A DNA stretch of 64,000 nucleotides. It comes from Candidatus Poriferihabitaceae bacterium. Its GTDB lineage: Bacteria > Pseudomonadota > Gammaproteobacteria > Arenicellales > Poriferihabitantaceae. Below the pieces are notes generated by a model, which did not search any database, had not been told where the DNA came from, and worked only from the letters and a program-made list of their open reading frames with translations. Both the position numbers and the translations under genes were made by a program. Shown piece by piece: positions 46,400 to 55,799 of this stretch (its first letter is position 1; each line of letters begins with the position of its first letter). The stretch covers positions 2,437,894-2,501,893 of the forward strand of contig OZ253546.1 in assembly GCA_965262585.1 (NCBI GenBank), written 5' to 3'.

Positions 46400-48187
46400 A
46401 TGACGCACTCTTCCAACCGCAGCCGACAAATCACCCGCCGGCAACCGCTGTGCCACCTCGAAGAGCAAACGGGCGGCGCATCCGGCTTGCATCCGCTGTT
46501 GCGAAGAATCTTCGAAAACCGCAATGTCCAAACCCCGGATGAACTCGATTATTCGCTGGAACGCTTGCATCCGCCCGCAAAACTCAAAGGCATCGAGGCG
46601 GCAACCGCGCGCCTGCAAAAAGCCATCGAAGCCGAGCAGAAAATTCTGATAGTCGGCGACTACGACACCGACGGCGCCACCGCCACCACCGTTGCCTTGC
46701 TCGGCTTGCGGGCACTCGGCGCCGGGCGGGTGGACTATCTTGCCCCCAGCCGCTTTGAATATGGCTACGGCCTGTCGCCGGAAATCGCCGAGGTGGCATT
46801 GCTTGCGGATGAACCCGCCGACTTGGTGATTACCGTGGATAACGGCATATCGAGCATCGCAGGCGTCGCCCGCCTGCGCGCCGCCGGGGTGTCGGTGATT
46901 GTCACCGACCACCATCTCGCCGGCGCGGAATTGCCCGACGCCGACGCCATCGTCAACCCCAATCAGCCCGGCTGCGACTTCCCCTCCAAAGCCCTGGCCG
47001 GGGTCGGCGTGATGTTTTACCAACTGCTATCCCTGCGCACCGCATTGCGGGAAGCCGGCCACTTTGACCTCGCACAATTCCCGGAACCCAACTTGGCGAA
47101 TCTGCTGGATCTGGTGGCACTCGGCACCGTTGCCGACATGGTGCCGCTGGATTACAACAATCGCATTCTGGTGGCGCAAGGCGTTGCGCGGGTTCGTGCC
47201 GGGCGCTGTCGTCCGGGTATCAAGGCGTTATTGGAAGTGGCGGGTAAGGGCGGTTGCGATTTCGATGCGTCAGATTTCGGCTTCATCATCGGCCCCCGCC
47301 TCAACGCCGCCGGGCGCATGGACGACATCTCCATCGGCATCGAATGCCTACTCGCCGATAATCCTGATGCCGCTATGGAACATGCCCGGCAACTCGACGA
47401 AATAAACCGAGCACGGCGGCAAATCGAACAATCCATGCACCAACAAGCGGCGCGCATAGTCGCCGACATCAGCCGCCGAGACGCCGATAAAAAACGCTTC
47501 GGCTGGTGCCTGTTTGATCCCGAATGGCATCAGGGCATAGTCGGCTTGGTAGCCAACCGCATTCGCGAGAAATCCAACCGCCCGGTGATCGCATTCGCAC
47601 CGGCGGACGGCGGCTGGCTGCGTGGTTCGGCAAGGTCGGTGACCGGGTTGCACATCCGCGATTTACTCGAATCTATTTCCACTCGTTGCCCCGGTCTCAT
47701 CGAAAAATTCGGTGGTCATGCCATGGCCGCCGGTCTGACCATTGCCGCGGAAAACTTCGAAAAATTTTCAGACGCTTTTACTTATCAGGTCGACGCTCAT
47801 TTTAAGGACACGCCTCCGGCATGGGAAATTCTCACCGACGGCGAACTCGCCGCCGAAGAATTCACCATGGAAACCGCCGAACTGGTGCGCGCCGCATCCC
47901 CCTGGGGACAGCATTTCCCGGCGCCGTTGTTTGACGGCCAATTCCGCGTCACCGACCAGCGAATAGTCGGCCAACGGCATCTGAAAATGACCCTTGCCCC
48001 GGTCAATGGCCGCGCCGCAAACGACAACTACGATGCCATCGTTTTCCGCTATATCGAACCCGATGAAGACCTGCCTCCACTTGAAACCATAACCGTGGCG
48101 TACCAACTCCGGGTGAATGAATTCAAGGGCAAACGCTCCCTGCAACTACTGGTGGAACACCTGCAACCATCCGCCATTGACGGCTAA
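46400..48187 (+). CDS. recJ: Single-stranded-DNA-specific exonuclease RecJ
   Basis: DHH motifs (ILIVGDYDTDGATA, VIVTDHH) and a DHHA1 motif (GGHAMAAG) are present. Confidence 0.9.
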   Translation: MTHSSNRSRQITRRQPLCHLEEQTGGASGLHPLLRRIFENRNVQTPDELDYSLERLHPPAKLKGIEAATARLQKAIEAEQKILIVGDYDTDGATATTVALLGLRALGAGRVDYLAPSRFEYGYGLSPEIAEVALLADEPADLVITVDNGISSIAGVARLRAAGVSVIVTDHHLAGAELPDADAIVNPNQPGCDFPSKALAGVGVMFYQLLSLRTALREAGHFDLAQFPEPNLANLLDLVALGTVADMVPLDYNNRILVAQGVARVRAGRCRPGIKALLEVAGKGGCDFDASDFGFIIGPRLNAAGRMDDISIGIECLLADNPDAAMEHARQLDEINRARRQIEQSMHQQAARIVADISRRDADKKRFGWCLFDPEWHQGIVGLVANRIREKSNRPVIAFAPADGGWLRGSARSVTGLHIRDLLESISTRCPGLIEKFGGHAMAAGLTIAAENFEKFSDAFTYQVDAHFKDTPPAWEILTDGELAAEEFTMETAELVRAASPWGQHFPAPLFDGQFRVTDQRIVGQRHLKMTLAPVNGRAANDNYDAIVFRYIEPDEDLPPLETITVAYQLRVNEFKGKRSLQLLVEHLQPSAIDG

Positions 48188-48202
48188 TCGCCCGGCTATT
48201 GA

Positions 48203-48781
48203 ATGGAAAATCAGGATCACGACAACGAGTTGGTCACGCGGGTAAAGAACGGCGACAAACAGGCCTTCAACCTGCTGGTGGAAAAATATCAATACCGCAT
48301 CCGCAGTTTGGTCAGTCGGCTGGTCAGGGATTCGGCGGAACAAGAGGACATCGTACAAGAAGCATTCATTAAAGCCTATCGCGCCATTGGCCGCTTTCGC
48401 GGGGACAGCGCGTTTTACACCTGGCTATACCGCATCGCCGTGAACACCGCCAAAAACCACTTGGTCGCCGCCAGACGTCGGCCACCGGCACAGGACGTTG
48501 AAATCAGCGAAGACGGCCCGATGCGCGCCCCGGAACGTTTGATTGAGACCAATACCCCGGAAGTGATCCTGCAAAACGATCAACTCGTGGCAACCATCCG
48601 CAAAGCCATCCGCGAACTCCCGGAAGAACTGCGTCAGGCTATCACCTTGCGCGAACTGGAAGGGCTGAGTTACGAAGACATCGCCGAAGCCATGAACTGC
48701 CCCATCGGCACCGTCCGCTCCCGCATCTTCCGCGCCCGTGAGGCGATACAGGAAGCAATGGCGCCGATGATGGATGGATAG
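48203..48781 (+). CDS. rpoE: ECF sigma factor sigma-E (sigma-24)
   Basis: 192 aa. LVEKYQYRIRSLVSRLVRD...DIVQEAFIKAYRA and the region 4 HTH (LSYEDIAEAMNCPIGTVRSRIFRAREAI) are present. Confidence 0.9.
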   Translation: MENQDHDNELVTRVKNGDKQAFNLLVEKYQYRIRSLVSRLVRDSAEQEDIVQEAFIKAYRAIGRFRGDSAFYTWLYRIAVNTAKNHLVAARRRPPAQDVEISEDGPMRAPERLIETNTPEVILQNDQLVATIRKAIRELPEELRQAITLRELEGLSYEDIAEAMNCPIGTVRSRIFRAREAIQEAMAPMMDG

Positions 48782-48911
48782 ACGGGGTTTGTAGATTTAA
48801 GTAGGTAATTCCCTTTTTTACCGATGCGAGTGAACTAATTCGCCTCAATGGTGACTAATAGATAGTTGGTTTCTTATCCGCAAACCCCGCCCCCTCAATC
48901 GATTCACGCAA

Positions 48912-49493
48912 ATGATGAACGACTCAATGATGAATGAACAAGCGATGAATGAACAAGCGATGAATGAACAAGCGATGAATGAACAAATCTCCGCGCTTAT
49001 TGACCGGCGGGAAAATCCCCGTCACCAGCGGGATATGTTCGACCATATCATGGCCGATGACGGCGCGCGCAAGGTGTGGCAGCGTTATCACCTGATAGGT
49101 TGCGTGTTGCGGGGCGAGGTCGATCGCACCGGCGCGGATCTCAGCGTGCGTATTCGCGCCCGGCTTGAGGATGAACCGACTGTGCTCTCCCCGATCCGGC
49201 GGCTGGCTTTGCTTCGTTCGCCCTTGCGAATGATGCCCCGCATAACGACCCGAATCCCCATATGGAAATCCGCCGGTGCGCTGGCGTTGGCGGCTTCCAT
49301 TGCGCTGGCGGCGGTGATTACCTTGAACCCAATCGCACCAGAACAGGGCACAGGGCTCACCGACAACGGCGCACGCTTTGAGCAAGAAGTCGGCGAGATG
49401 CTGGCACAGCACGGGGAATTTACTTCCTCGCCGGGGCTGAACGGTCTCGTGGTATACGCCAAACTGGTCAGCAATGAACCCATTGAACGCTGA
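48912..49493 (+). CDS. rseA: Anti-sigma-E factor (RseA/MucA-like); true start ambiguous among repeated ATGs
   Basis: EQISALIDRRENP...RKVWQRYHLIGCVLRGE parallels the E. coli RseA N-terminus (KEQLSALMDGE...QKTWESYHLIRDSMRGD). A central transmembrane segment is present. Confidence 0.75.
   Translation: MMNDSMMNEQAMNEQAMNEQAMNEQISALIDRRENPRHQRDMFDHIMADDGARKVWQRYHLIGCVLRGEVDRTGADLSVRIRARLEDEPTVLSPIRRLALLRSPLRMMPRITTRIPIWKSAGALALAASIALAAVITLNPIAPEQGTGLTDNGARFEQEVGEMLAQHGEFTSSPGLNGLVVYAKLVSNEPIER
48930..48986 (+). repeat. In-frame 15-bp tandem repeat (ATGAATGAACAAGCG, 3 copies plus a 12-bp partial) at the 5' end of rseA
   Basis: Perfect copies lie at 48930-48944, 48945-48959 and 48960-48974, with a partial copy at 48975-48986. 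Each encodes MNEQA. Confidence 0.9.
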
Positions 49494-50550
49494 TCCGGTG
49501 CGCGCCGTGATTCGGCGAACCCCGGGGCGGTTTGCGCCGCCGAATTTCCGCTCCCCGGCTCCGGTTTTGTGGGGCAATGGTCGCACCGGCAAAGCGGTCA
49601 TGTTGCTGGTCATGTCGCTGTCTGTCCTGCCGATAGTGAGCACCGCCCGTGCCGAACCTGCGGACTGGCTGATGAAGATTAACCGGGCGGCATCCGATCT
49701 GAGTTTCTCCGGGGTGTTCGTATATTCCCACAACGGGCGCATCGAGACCATGCAAGTGGTGCGCCGGGTCAAGGACGATACGATGCAGGAACGCCTGTAT
49801 TCCCTGAACGGCGAGGCACGAGAAATCGTGCGCGACAGCAACCGCATCTGGTGTTACATCCCGGAGCAACAAGTCGGCCTGCATGATTACCGTCAGGAAT
49901 TTGCAAGCGGCTTTCCGCGCATCCTGCCCGGCGACCTTGACGGGCTTATGCGGAACTATCACTTCACCGAAGGCGACATCAACCGCATCGCCGACCGCAT
50001 GGCACGGCGCATCAACGTGATTCCCAACGACGGCTACCGCTACGGCTACCGCCTGTGGGCCGACCTCGAAACCGGCTTGCTGCTGCGCTCCGATCTGGTC
50101 GATCCGGACGACCGCGTGGTGGAGCAATACCTGTTCGTTACCATCGACCTTGACAGCGAAATCAGCGACCACGCCCTGCAAGCCGTCACCAGCAAGGAAA
50201 AACTCGTCTGGTATGGCGGCGAAAAACCCCTGCCTTCAGCCGCCATCGAAGAATCAAAATGGCAATTCACCCAACTGCCATCCGGCTACCGCTTGGATAA
50301 ATACATCCGCCGAATGTCGCCCAGGGAGGGCCGGGAAATCGAACACATGATATTCACCGATGGCCTGTCAACGGTGTCCATTTTCATCAAACCGGTGGAT
50401 ACCAGACAAAGCGGCATGGAAGGCTTGAGTCGCATGGGCGCAGTGCATGTCTATCGCAGCACCATCAACGACCACCATATAACGGTAATGGGCGAAACGC
50501 CGGCGCAGACCGTGGAATTTCTCGCCTCAGGCGTGGCGTATATCCGCTAA
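49474..50550 (+). CDS. rseB: Sigma-E regulatory protein RseB/MucB
   Basis: The MucB_RseB pattern is present (ADWLMKINRAASDLSFSGVFVY). A more likely start is the ATG at 49600 (MLLVMSLSVLPIVSTARA signal peptide). Confidence 0.85.
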   Translation: MNPLNADPVRAVIRRTPGRFAPPNFRSPAPVLWGNGRTGKAVMLLVMSLSVLPIVSTARAEPADWLMKINRAASDLSFSGVFVYSHNGRIETMQVVRRVKDDTMQERLYSLNGEAREIVRDSNRIWCYIPEQQVGLHDYRQEFASGFPRILPGDLDGLMRNYHFTEGDINRIADRMARRINVIPNDGYRYGYRLWADLETGLLLRSDLVDPDDRVVEQYLFVTIDLDSEISDHALQAVTSKEKLVWYGGEKPLPSAAIEESKWQFTQLPSGYRLDKYIRRMSPREGREIEHMIFTDGLSTVSIFIKPVDTRQSGMEGLSRMGAVHVYRSTINDHHITVMGETPAQTVEFLASGVAYIR

Positions 50551-50565
50551 ACCAGCCCCGCTAAA

Positions 50566-51864
50566 TCACTCCCTCGGCAAGATTGCCTGAAACGGGTAAT
50601 ACGCCAATTCCGCGGGCTTGCAGTTGTCCAGCGCACCCATAGCGTCCAGCACGCTGGTTAAAAACCCCTGACCGGTGATCCTGCCGAGCGCGCCATGGAC
50701 GCAGGCGGTTTCGTTGTAGTCGGCGACGCCGTCTCGCCGCCCGGCGGGATTGCACAACAGCACCGGCACCGGGTCGCCGCTATGTTCGCCGCGCATGGAG
50801 TCCGTGGAATGGTCGGCGCATACACCGACTACCAGGTTGTCGAGATTAAGTTTCCCCAATTCGCGGTCGAATCGGGCGATAAATTCCGATTTAAGCACCG
50901 GGTCCTTATCGTGGGCGGCGGTGTCCGTGCCTTTGATGTGTACGAATACCAAGTCGTGCTGATGCAGGGATTCGAGCGCGGTTCGCAGTTTTTCTTCGAG
51001 GTCGGTGTCCGGCAGGGAGGTGAACCGGGGGTTGCTGTGGCAATGAAAATCGAGCAAGCCGGCCAACCCCAGAATGGTCATCTCGCCGGCCACCGCCGCG
51101 GCCTTGAGACCGAGTTCGGCAAACAGGTTTTTCAACGGCTGATAGCCCCCCGCGCTTCGCACGATTACTCCATTGGCGGCAGGCTCGCCACGGGCGATTC
51201 GGGCGGCGTTCAGCGGATGGTTTTCCAGTATCTCGCAGGCGCGGCGAGTAAAGCGGTTGAGGGCATCCGCTGTGGCCTGAGCGGGAGCAGAGGTCTGCAA
51301 AGCCGAGTCGGGTGCGGCTTCGAGAATGCCGAGACCGATGTCGCCGCCCCCCGGATCGGTGTCGCTGACCGCCGCCGACAAACCACTGCCGCGAAACCTT
51401 AAAACCGCGCGGTGCTGGGTGGCGGGGTGGAGGCTGGCGGTGATTCCTGCGCCAACTTCCAGGTCTTGCAAAGCCGCGCATAACTCCTCGGCGTCTTCGC
51501 GGATACGCCCGGCACGGCGGTCGACAATGCGGTAGCCGTGCGCGGTTTTTTCCACCGTGGCGAGGTTGGCACGCCACAACACATCGCCGGGTTGCAATTT
51601 CAAGCCAATGCCCGCCGCCTCGATGGGCCCCCGGCGCAGGTCAACCGCTTCGGCGGGGTTCAGCCCGAATAAAATAGCGACTCCGGTGTGGGTGTCCACC
51701 GGCAGGCCCGGCAGCAGCGGGTCCATCATCCCGCATTGATGCTGCGCAACCAGCGCGTCTAGCACCGGCGTTTCGGCGGCTTCCAGGGGCGTCTTGCCGC
51801 CCAGTTGCGGGCACGGACGGTCGCCGAGTCCGTCGAGGATGAACACCAAGCCTTTAGTTTTCAC
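50566..51864 (-). CDS. Cofactor-independent phosphoglycerate mutase, archaeal ApgM-like (alkaline phosphatase superfamily)
   Basis: 432 aa. VFILDGLGDRP...TPVLDAL and HIKGTDTAAHD, CADHST are ApgM/metalloenzyme superfamily motifs. Confidence 0.75.
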   Translation of the reverse strand: MKTKGLVFILDGLGDRPCPQLGGKTPLEAAETPVLDALVAQHQCGMMDPLLPGLPVDTHTGVAILFGLNPAEAVDLRRGPIEAAGIGLKLQPGDVLWRANLATVEKTAHGYRIVDRRAGRIREDAEELCAALQDLEVGAGITASLHPATQHRAVLRFRGSGLSAAVSDTDPGGGDIGLGILEAAPDSALQTSAPAQATADALNRFTRRACEILENHPLNAARIARGEPAANGVIVRSAGGYQPLKNLFAELGLKAAAVAGEMTILGLAGLLDFHCHSNPRFTSLPDTDLEEKLRTALESLHQHDLVFVHIKGTDTAAHDKDPVLKSEFIARFDRELGKLNLDNLVVGVCADHSTDSMRGEHSGDPVPVLLCNPAGRRDGVADYNETACVHGALGRITGQGFLTSVLDAMGALDNCKPAELAYYPFQAILPRE

Positions 51865-51869
51865 TTTTT

Positions 51870-53063
51870 TTATTTGTATTCGGCTTTCACCGCCTTGAGG
51901 CGGCTTTTCGAATAAGTGGCGGCGATGGTCAGGGTGATGGTTTTGATGATTTCTCTGACGGTCTGTTCGCGGTCCAGGTTGTTGAGAATCTGAATATCGG
52001 CGATGTCTGCCTCGGATAGCAGCGCCGATTGCAACTGCCAGATTTCATCAATTTTTTCCAGATAACGCGCCGCCCGCCGTTGCCGGGTTTTTACTCGACG
52101 CCCCTTGATATGGCTGATTAGCGATTTCTTATCCAGCACGCAGAGGATGAACGGCGCGATTACGGCGTCGCCTTTGTCGATATGCTGCAGCAAAGTCGGG
52201 CGAATGTGAACGCCTTCGAGAATCATCGAAACCCGTTCATTCAGCGCCCGCTGCAACACCGCCTGACACGCCACCTCCACCAGTTCGGTCTGACGTTGAA
52301 ACCCGTATAAGAGATTTTCATTCTCCTTGACGGCGTAGATGTCGGCGCTGTCCACGGCGGCACCGGCGGCGAATGACGAAGTGTGCAGTAGCGGCGACAG
52401 GCGTTCCGGGATGAGGATGCGCATGACCTCCCGCAGCATGTCCGTGGACTGGGTGCGCACGATGCCGAGGCTGTTGGCGAGTTCGGTGGCGACGGTGCTT
52501 TTGCCGGTGCCCGCCACGCCGCCAATCAGCACCAGCAGCGGCCGGTCGCTGTCGATGAAATCGTTCCAGATTAAATAATAATCGGCAAATTCGGGACCCA
52601 ATTCCGTACCGATGGTGCGATAGGTGATGGAGGTCAATTTAGCGGTGGTGATTTTCCGCTGTTGGTCGCGGATGAGTTTGCTGTGAATGGACCGGGCAAT
52701 GGCGTTGCACTTGTTGCGCGGCAGGGAGCAACTTTCCAGCCGCTGGGCGTGCATGCCTCGGGAAAAAGGCGCGCTGTGGCCATCGCTGTATACCACCTGC
52801 AAATTTTCCCGATAAATATCCTCCCGCTTGTAACGCCGCGACACCTTGCCCGGATGATATTCCGACAGCACCTCGATGGTGCGTGCGCGCAGTTCGCTGC
52901 TGGTGATTTCATCGACTTCGTCCAGTTCATCGCGGATGTCCGTTGCCAGTTTATAGGCATCGGCAAAATCCAGCCCCGCGTCTTGCAGCGAGCGCGTCAG
53001 CATTCCCCGCAAAAAAGGAACCCGCGCGCCCCCTTGTTCGTCGATTACCAGTAATCTGGCCAT
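51870..53063 (-). CDS. 2-phosphoglycerate kinase-like P-loop kinase with N-terminal ATP-cone-like region
   Basis: The start is trimmed to the ATG at 53063 (MARLLVIDEQGG). Walker A is GGVAGTGKSTVATELA. The family assignment is from memory of COG2074-type proteins. Confidence 0.65.
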   Translation of the reverse strand: MARLLVIDEQGGARVPFLRGMLTRSLQDAGLDFADAYKLATDIRDELDEVDEITSSELRARTIEVLSEYHPGKVSRRYKREDIYRENLQVVYSDGHSAPFSRGMHAQRLESCSLPRNKCNAIARSIHSKLIRDQQRKITTAKLTSITYRTIGTELGPEFADYYLIWNDFIDSDRPLLVLIGGVAGTGKSTVATELANSLGIVRTQSTDMLREVMRILIPERLSPLLHTSSFAAGAAVDSADIYAVKENENLLYGFQRQTELVEVACQAVLQRALNERVSMILEGVHIRPTLLQHIDKGDAVIAPFILCVLDKKSLISHIKGRRVKTRQRRAARYLEKIDEIWQLQSALLSEADIADIQILNNLDREQTVREIIKTITLTIAATYSKSRLKAVKAEYK

Positions 53064-53133
53064 GGATTTTATGCTTTCAGTGCCGGTGCCCAATGATAGC
53101 AAATTTTCGGCGTCCCGGCGTTGACTACCCCGC

Positions 53134-53850
53134 CTATCTTTTCAGCGCCAGTTTCCCGAGTTGGTAATACAACGCGCTTCGCTGTTCATACCAATCCCCC
53201 AGAACATAGCGCCAAGCCGGTTTTTGGTCGAGTTGGAAATGGTGAACCGCCGGCCGGTGGGTGTGGCCGTGGATTAAAGTGTCCGCGCCATAACGCCGCA
53301 TCAACGCTTCCACCGCTTTTTGGTTGACATCCATGATCGCCATGCTCTTGGTTTGTTTGGCAGTTTCGCTTTGACTACGCATGGCGGCGGCGGTTTCCAT
53401 GCGCTGCTCCAGAGGTTTTTTCAGGAACGCCATTTTCCACTTAGACGAAAGCATTTCCCGGCGGGATGCCTGATGTTCATGGTCGTCGGTGCACAGCGCA
53501 TCGCCGTGGGTAAGCAGGAAGTCGCGTCCCGATAGCGAGACCATCACCGGGTCCGGCAGCAACGTGCAACCGCTGCGCCGGGCAAAGTCCTCGCCGGCAA
53601 GGAAGTCGCGGTTTCCGTGCATGAAAAATATCTCGGTTCCATTGTCGGCGGTTTTGCGGATGGCGGCTTGCACGCCGTCGTGTCCCAGCAGTTCGCCGCC
53701 GTCATCGCCAACCCAGTATTCGAACAAATCACCGAGGATATACAATCGTTCCAATCGCTGCGCCGCGCCGCGCAGAAATTCCTCGAACAGGCGGGTGGAA
53801 GCGGGACGCTCCGGGGTCAGGTGAAGATCGGAAATAAAGGCAACAGTCAT
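53134..53850 (-). CDS. lpxH: UDP-2,3-diacylglucosamine diphosphatase
   Basis: FISDLHL...LYILGDLFEYWVGDD...HGNRDFL...HGHTHRP are the calcineurin-like motifs characteristic of LpxH. Confidence 0.9.
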   Translation of the reverse strand: MTVAFISDLHLTPERPASTRLFEEFLRGAAQRLERLYILGDLFEYWVGDDGGELLGHDGVQAAIRKTADNGTEIFFMHGNRDFLAGEDFARRSGCTLLPDPVMVSLSGRDFLLTHGDALCTDDHEHQASRREMLSSKWKMAFLKKPLEQRMETAAAMRSQSETAKQTKSMAIMDVNQKAVEALMRRYGADTLIHGHTHRPAVHHFQLDQKPAWRYVLGDWYEQRSALYYQLGKLALKR

Positions 53851-53983
53851 GGGGTTAGTTTTTCAGCGTGTAATCGTCAATGGCAATGCGTCAATGGCAA
53901 TGCGGCGGATAGCGGTTTATTGTACCATTGCCGGGCTTCCATGCACCGCCGCCCATCCGACAACCTGATCTCGCCGCGCAATC

Positions 53984-55396
53984 ATGAATCTGCAACTGTA
54001 CGACAGTTACCGCCGCCGCCTGTGCCGGTTTGAGCCGCTGCAGGGCAAGCAGGTGGGGTTATACGCTTGCGGGCCAACGGTATACGACTACGCCCACATC
54101 GGCAACCTGCGCACCTATATTTTTGAGGACGTGCTACGCCGCACCCTGGAGTTTTGCGGCTGGCAAGTGCGGCACATCATTAACATCACCGATGTCGGGC
54201 ATCTCACCTCGGACGCCGACACCGGCGAAGACAAGGTCGAAGAAGGCGCGCGGCGTGCCGGCAAAAGCGCATGGGAAATCGCCGAACAATACACCCGCGC
54301 ATTCCAAGACGATTTCCATACCCTCAACATTCTCGAGCCGACTTTGTGGTGCCGGGCGACCGACCACATCGCCGAGCAAATCAACGACATCACCGAAATC
54401 GAACGCCGAGGTTTCGCCTATATCACCTCCGATGGCGTCTATTTTGATACCTCGAAACTGCCCGATTACGGCCATCTGGCGCGCCTTGACCGCGCCGGGC
54501 TGGAAGCCGGGGCGCGGGTCGAGGTCGGCGAAAAAAAACACCCCACGGATTTTGCGCTGTGGAAGTTCAGCCCCCAAGACAGCACCCGACAGATGGAGTG
54601 GGACAGCCCCTGGGGGCGCGGTTTTCCCGGCTGGCACATCGAATGCTCGGCCATGGCGGTCAAATATCTGGGCAGCAAATTCGATATTCATTGCGGCGGC
54701 AAAGACCACATCCCGGTTCACCATTGCAATGAAATCGCTCAGACCGAGGTATGCCACGGCACCACCCTCGCCAACTTCTGGCTGCACGGTTATTTTCTGG
54801 AAACCGCCACCGAGACCGAATCGGCGAAGATGTCCAAATCAAGCGGCGAATTTTTACGCCTCAAAACCCTGCAAGAACGCGGCTACGACCCGCTAAGTTA
54901 CCGCTACCTGTGCCTGACCGCGCACTATCGCAGCGACCTGAAGTTCACCTGGGAAAGCCTGGACGCCGCCGTCACCGCCCTTATGCGACTGCGTAATCTG
55001 GCGTATTCATGGGGCGAAGTTGGCGAAGTTGGCGAAGCCGACGAAGCCACCATCGCGGCTTTTTCCGAGGAAATCTTCCGCGATTTGAACACCGCACGGG
55101 GGCTGGCGGTGGTGTGGGGAATGGTCAAAAGCGATTTACCGGCGGCGGTCAAAAAAGCCACCTTGTGGCGCATCGACCGAGTGCTTGGGCTTGGAATAGG
55201 GGACTGGCAGCCCGCTACCGTAGAGATTCCCGCCGAAGTTGCGGCATTGGCGAGAAGCCGCACCGAAGCCCGCGAAAACCGCGACTGGCGTGAAGCCGAC
55301 CGCTTGCGCGATGCCATCCACGCTCACGGATTCGAGATTGACGATTCCGCAGGCGGCAGCCAAATTCGCCGCCGCCGGGCGGAAACCAGCCGATAA
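53984..55396 (+). CDS. cysS: Cysteine--tRNA ligase
   Basis: The class I motifs HIGN (YAHIGNLRTY) and KMSKS are present. Confidence 0.95.
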   Translation: MNLQLYDSYRRRLCRFEPLQGKQVGLYACGPTVYDYAHIGNLRTYIFEDVLRRTLEFCGWQVRHIINITDVGHLTSDADTGEDKVEEGARRAGKSAWEIAEQYTRAFQDDFHTLNILEPTLWCRATDHIAEQINDITEIERRGFAYITSDGVYFDTSKLPDYGHLARLDRAGLEAGARVEVGEKKHPTDFALWKFSPQDSTRQMEWDSPWGRGFPGWHIECSAMAVKYLGSKFDIHCGGKDHIPVHHCNEIAQTEVCHGTTLANFWLHGYFLETATETESAKMSKSSGEFLRLKTLQERGYDPLSYRYLCLTAHYRSDLKFTWESLDAAVTALMRLRNLAYSWGEVGEVGEADEATIAAFSEEIFRDLNTARGLAVVWGMVKSDLPAAVKKATLWRIDRVLGLGIGDWQPATVEIPAEVAALARSRTEARENRDWREADRLRDAIHAHGFEIDDSAGGSQIRRRRAETSR

Positions 55397-55483
55397 CCCA
55401 CCGACAACCCACCAATAACCTACCGAAAACCTGCCAATAACCCATAACTATAAGAATAACTATACAAAAATCGATATCGGGCA

Positions 55484-55513
55484 TTGCAATCGGCCAACGC
55501 CATCGGATATAAT
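55484..55513 (+). promoter_or_regulatory. Candidate sigma-70 promoter of tRNA-fMet (metY)-nusA operon
   Basis: TTGCAA (55484-55489), an 18-bp spacer, then TATAAT (55508-55513). The tRNA starts 12 nt downstream. Confidence 0.5.
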
Positions 55514-55524
55514 CCGGCCTTTGT

Positions 55525-55601
<77 letters not shown>

Positions 55602-55623
55602 TTTGCCGAAAGGCAAACTACTG

Positions 55624-55648
55624 CCCCGCTACAAGCGGGGTTTTAATT
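55624..55648 (+). terminator. Rho-independent terminator/attenuator downstream of metY
   Basis: CCCCGC (55624-55629), loop TACAA, GCGGGG (55635-55640), then TTTTAATTTT. Confidence 0.6.
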
Positions 55649-55732
55649 TTGAGGATCAGCACATAGTGGTGATCCGGTAGCGATAACAACCCGCAAGGGC
55701 GAGCGGCATTCAGTGTGGATGCCGCATGGAAT

Positions 55733-55755
55733 ATGGGCCGTTGGCCCATTTTTTA
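55733..55755 (+). terminator. Second hairpin plus T-run (attenuator candidate) in the rimP-nusA leader
   Basis: ATGGGCC (55733-55739), loop GTT, GGCCCAT (55743-55749), followed by TTTTT. Confidence 0.5.
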
Positions 55756-55799
55756 TGGCCCCGGCGGGGGTGGACAGGCGATAAGACGAGGCAATTGAT

